64,000 nt of DNA from contig JBNGIO010006380.1 in assembly GCA_049999805.1 (NCBI GenBank), positions 490,735 to 554,734 of the forward strand. Direction: 5' to 3'. Below are positions 59,880 through 64,000 of this stretch, piece by piece. Below the pieces are notes generated by a model, which was given only the letters and a program-made list of their open reading frames with translations, was not told the origin of the DNA and made no database searches. The translations under genes were made by a program, and so were the position numbers. Positions within the stretch are counted from its first letter, which is position 1, and every line of letters begins with the position of its first letter. The stretch is from Folioceros fuciformis (taxonomy: Eukaryota).

Positions 59880-61225
59880 CACATTGGAGCCCCCGTAACA
59901 CCCTCCAGTCTCACTACTTGCCCGAGGTCGCTTTGCCTGGGCCTTGACTGCAATGGCAGCCTCTTTGCTGTCAGCCTTGGCCTTTTACAATTGAAAAACA
60001 CTCTTTTGAAGAGGTGAGGACGGATAAGATGACTCCGACTGCGTACTCTTTCGGTGCATTTTATCACCGATTTCAAGGCAGCCAGCTCTTTCATTGTCGC
60101 ATCATTCTGCAGACATTTAGGAAGCACTTCAGCTGAAGAACTTCGTATGTCCGGCTACTGTTGACTAACGAAATGATTGAACAAACCTGACTGGCTGCTT
60201 GAGTATCGATTGACCACTCTTCCTTGCTTCGTTCCGATGGGTCTTGATCAGTGGAACAGGCTGGACTATATCCATGACGCCCAACGAGTCTGCAAACAAG
60301 AGTGCTTCGAACAGCTTGCCTTCCTTGGCCAACCTGTGCACCACATCTGAGCCCACGAAGACAAGAAACCAAGCTTTAGCCGTTCGAAGCAACTGCTTCA
60401 GTGAAGGTAAGGGGCCAGAAACAGAAGAAAAAAGAAGTAACAACAGCTCTGGTAAACAATTTTCCTTACTTGTCTCCCGCCAACAGAAGGTCAGAAAACA
60501 TTTCAGCAACGTGAGCCCAAAGCAACCTGCATCTACTGTCCAATACAGGGACTTGACACAACCAGCAAGCAGGGCACAGAAAGCAGCAGGCATGAACTCG
60601 GTTAGAGAGGGGAGCCTATCTGGGTGGTCTACCCGGATAAGGCCATGAATTTTGAGAACTGGCTTCAGGAACAGACAACAGGGTTAAGGGAAAGGGTGGT
60701 AGCACCCCTCGACAATGACACAGCTACAAGATTGAACCAAAGGAAAGGAGAGATAAAGAGTGAACATGACAAGGGCTGTAGTTGCCTTGTGATAGCAAAG
60801 ACTATAAAGATGTTGCCACTACTACTGAGTACAGGCAAGGAGGAACCATCCAAGAGGCCCTGCTTGTGCCATAGCCGGACTTTGGAAGAAGCACACCAAC
60901 CTGGAATCTTGGCCGATAGTCGAAGGGAGCGGCAGAGCGCAGGTGATTGCCCGCGCCGGTCAACAGCCGTGACCAGTTTACATCGCTCATCGTCATTATA
61001 CTCCGGAGCAAGAGCAAATGCTGCCAGATGCTGCAGCAAGGCCTGCGCGTCCAAAGAATTGCCAGACACGATCTCCATGGACACTCATCTTGGCTCTCCA
61101 TTGGTCAGCGACCTCCGTAGCGGAATCCCATTTCCAACCAGAAGAGACGGGTCCATTCCTATCCCCATAAATGCGACATCCGTTTGGTCCCACAACTTCG
61201 CCAGTCCAGACAGCGTTGTCCATGT
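59880..61225 (-). pseudogene. FRIGIDA-like pseudogene (5'-truncated, introns retained)
   Basis: ATEVADQWRAKM / NSLDAQALLQHLAAF...LCRSLRLSAKIP | DVVHRLAKEGKLFEAL...PVPLIK | KELAALKSVIKC / LQKSVFQL*KAKAD...KRPRA. Frameshifts near 61085 and 60050; TAA at 59985-59987. Confidence 0.8.
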
Positions 61226-61436
61226 TTGTCGGCGGCTGAATCCCTAAGCGAGCGCAAGGTCCAGGCAGATTCTGTGAGTGAGCTGCCAGCAAAGCTGGTG
61301 TAGTATCGGTCCTTTAGGTTTCTTCAGTCCTAAGTTACCAGGTTGCCTCAGGACCAGTTTGCACTGATCTCAGCCGATCTCGAGTTATATAAATGCTGCT
61401 GTGTGCGCCGAGAGGTGATCAGTGCGTCTCGATTGC

Positions 61437-64000
61437 ATGCTGTTTCGCAGGCTGAGCAGCAAGGGTGGCTTGCTTCGCAGTTGGTGGAAATCGTCGGGCC
61501 CAGTTCCAAGAATCTGGGAATTTGGTATCAGGCCCCCGATCGAACGAGAGGCGGGACCGGCAGCTGGGGCGCTGCGTGTCTTTAGCGCAGTCGACAGCGC
61601 CAGTGTGATGGCGGAGGGGGAGGCTCTGGCAGTGAAGCTGGATGCGGTTTCTATTGCTGGGTCGGGGCAGCCATCCAGTGAGAATGGAGGTGCCGGCAAG
61701 GTGCTGCGTCCGGCTCTGTACTCTGGAACAGTGCTAATTTCCTCCATCCTGGGAGGGCAGTTTGGGGGATCCGAGTACGTGGGTCAGAAGGTGGTGGTGG
61801 GCGGTTGGGTGAAGACAGGGCGTGTGCAGGGGAAGAACACATTTGCATTTCTGGAGCTGAACGATGGCTCCACTCCGCTCAACCTTCAGGTGTGCTGAAT
61901 TTTATCCTTCTGTGCATTCGTGGCAGTCTGGTACGTGGGTTTGGTCCGGTGAGCAAGCTGGCCTTGCAACGGAGATGGGTGACTAGATGCCGGTGTCGCA
62001 GGTGATGGTGGATGCCGAGGTGGCAGAAGCGCATGATCGCACTCTGGGCCAGCTGACACCCACAGGGACTTCTGTGGTGGTGGAAGGAGAGCTGAAGAAG
62101 CCTCCCGAGAGTGCAAAGAAGCAGCTTGTAGAACTCAAGGTGGAAAGGATCCTGGACGTGGGGACAGTCGACACATCGTCGTACCCCATTGCCAAGGCAG
62201 CATTGTCGTTCGAACATTTGCGGAACTATCAGCATCTGCGAGCCCGCACTAACACGGTGAGCGTGGTGATGTGTTGACGTTCTGGGTGTGTGCAGCATGC
62301 AGTTTTGACATGTCTCTGTGTGTGCGTTTGGTGTCCCAGATCTCTGCGGTCGCTCGGATTCGTCATGCCCTCACGAAAGCCACGCATGATTTCTTCGATG
62401 CGAGGGACTTTATTTGTCTACAGACGCCGATTATTACCACCAGTGATTGTGAAGGTGCTGGAGAGATGTTCCAGGTGACCACTTTGCTGAGTCAGGCAGA
62501 AAAGCGAGAAGAGGAGGCCCTCCTGCACCCTCCTCCCACAGAAGCTGATGTGGAAGCTGCAAGGAAGGTTGTGACCGAGAAGGGTGATGTGGTGAAGCAG
62601 CTGAAGGCAGAGAAGAAGAGTAAATCTGAGATCTCGAGAGCTGTCCAGGAGTTGACGAGTGCTAAGGACACAGTTGCAAGGTTGGAAGATGCTCTGCGAT
62701 TGAAGGGTGGCATTTTGCACAAGGAGGGTGGAGGAGTTGACTATACAGCTGATTTCTTCGGGACCGCTGCATACCTGACTGTATCGGGCCAGCTTCAAGC
62801 TGAGACCTACGCGTGTGCCCTCGGTCGGGTATATACATTCGGGCCGACCTTTCGTGCTGAGAATTCCCACACGACACGACATTTGGCTGAGTTCTGGATG
62901 GTTGAGCCTGAAATGGCTTTTGCAGATCTCGAGGTAATGTCTGTGAGGACGAAGATTGATGTGGTTCCGTTTCGGTCGTGTTCAAGCAAGGCTCTCAGTT
63001 TTTCCTTCGTTGTTGCAGGATGACATGAACTGCGCAGAGGATTATGTGCGTTATCTGTGCAGATATTTGCTTGAGCGGAGGTTAGATGATCTCAAGTTTT
63101 TTGAGGAGAAAATCGACCCGACCGTCTTACAGCGGTTGAGAATGGTTGAGTCGACTCCATTCCAGCGTTTGTCATATACTGACGCAATCAAAGTTCTCGA
63201 GAAGGTCTCTCAGTCTGTCTTTGTTGTTGTTTGACTGGTGCCAGTTTCATTGCTGTGACCACCTCAAGTCGCCTGAGTTAGACTGTGGTTGTTTATGTTG
63301 CCAGGTCCCGGCTGGGAGATTTGAGAACAAGGTGGAATGGGGAATCGATCTAGCTTCAGAGCATGAAAGGTACTCTCAGCCACTGCATTTTGGACTTAAA
63401 ACACTTCCACAGTACTGAAAAGCAGAGTGTGTTCTCTCCAGTCTACAAGAACTACTTTTTGCCACAGGTATCTAGCTGAAGAGGTCTACAAAAAGCCAGT
63501 AATCGTTTACAACTACCCCAAGGGCATTAAAGCTTTCTACATGCGCCTCAACGACGATGGGAAAACAGTCGCAGCCATGGATGTCCTTTGTCCCAAGGTT
63601 GGATAAACCAGTGCAGAAATCCGTTCAGTCACATTTTATTCGGTTCTTGAAAGTGCTGACGTTATCCCCAACTGATGCAGATCGGGGAGCTCGTGGGCGG
63701 AAGTCAGAGAGAAGATCGACTGGATGTGCTAAGGCAGAGGTTTGTGCTTGTGCTGTCATCTTCATGCTTTTGGTATTAATGACATAAGTATTGATCTGCA
63801 GGGCCTTTTCCTTTCACATCTGACCGATCCCATATTTCGATCAGGGTGAAAGAAACTGGCGTTCCAGAGAAGCAGTATGATTATTACCTGGATCTTCGGC
63901 GGTACGGCACTGTCAAGCATGCAGGATTTGGCCTGGGTTTTGAGAGAATGGTGCTATTTGTGACCGGCCTTGAGAACATCAGGGAAGCCATACCTTTTCC
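61437..64000 (+). CDS. Asparaginyl-tRNA synthetase, plant cytosolic type (SYNC1-like) with WHEP insertion; multi-exon; runs off the window end
   Basis: OB fold ([16 protein letters not shown]), [23 protein letters not shown]-like helix pair, [40 protein letters not shown]. In-frame ATGs at 61437 and 61608; TATATAAAT at 61386-61394. Confidence 0.96.

Noticed and set aside
1..64000. tRNA, rRNA or snoRNA genes
   Set aside because: No convincing cloverleaf, rRNA segment or paired C/D boxes seen by eye; tRNAscan-SE and Infernal would be needed to exclude them.

Overview
Eukaryotic nuclear DNA from a gene-dense land plant with very short (about 80-110 nt) GT-AG introns. This architecture suggests a compact non-seed-plant genome such as a hornwort (inference only). 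The first ~12 kb is a nested, decayed transposon block. It holds the 3' end of one Ty1/copia element and a GC-skewed unclassified host sequence. It also holds a second copia element (4546-8954, TSD TCCTC) whose RT is fused directly to the last 26 nt of its 3' LTR, an 82-bp tandem array, and a pogo/CENP-B-like transposase relic. The remaining ~52 kb holds about 16 tightly packed genes: TMEM42-like, nepenthesin-like aspartic protease, VIT/vWA protein, RPL17/uL22, CGI121, MTP12-like Zn transporter, RbfA-like, GT47 exostosin, lumazine synthase, P-class PPR, GLE1, trihelix TF, CLASRP, CZIB/UPF0587, GDT1-like and AsnRS. Pseudogenes sit among them: a tandem vWA copy, a FRIGIDA-like relic and up to four PLS-class PPR relics. 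No rRNA, tRNA or CRISPR array was recognised. The least explained signals are a pair of in-frame small ORFs sharing a WD(V/L)VQL motif (48916-49212), the scattered PLS-PPR relics, a probably mitochondrial RbfA, a cytosolic-type AsnRS with an in-frame presequence, and an unclassified 1.6-kb insertion at 17430-19070. All assignments come from motif recognition by eye; no searches were run.
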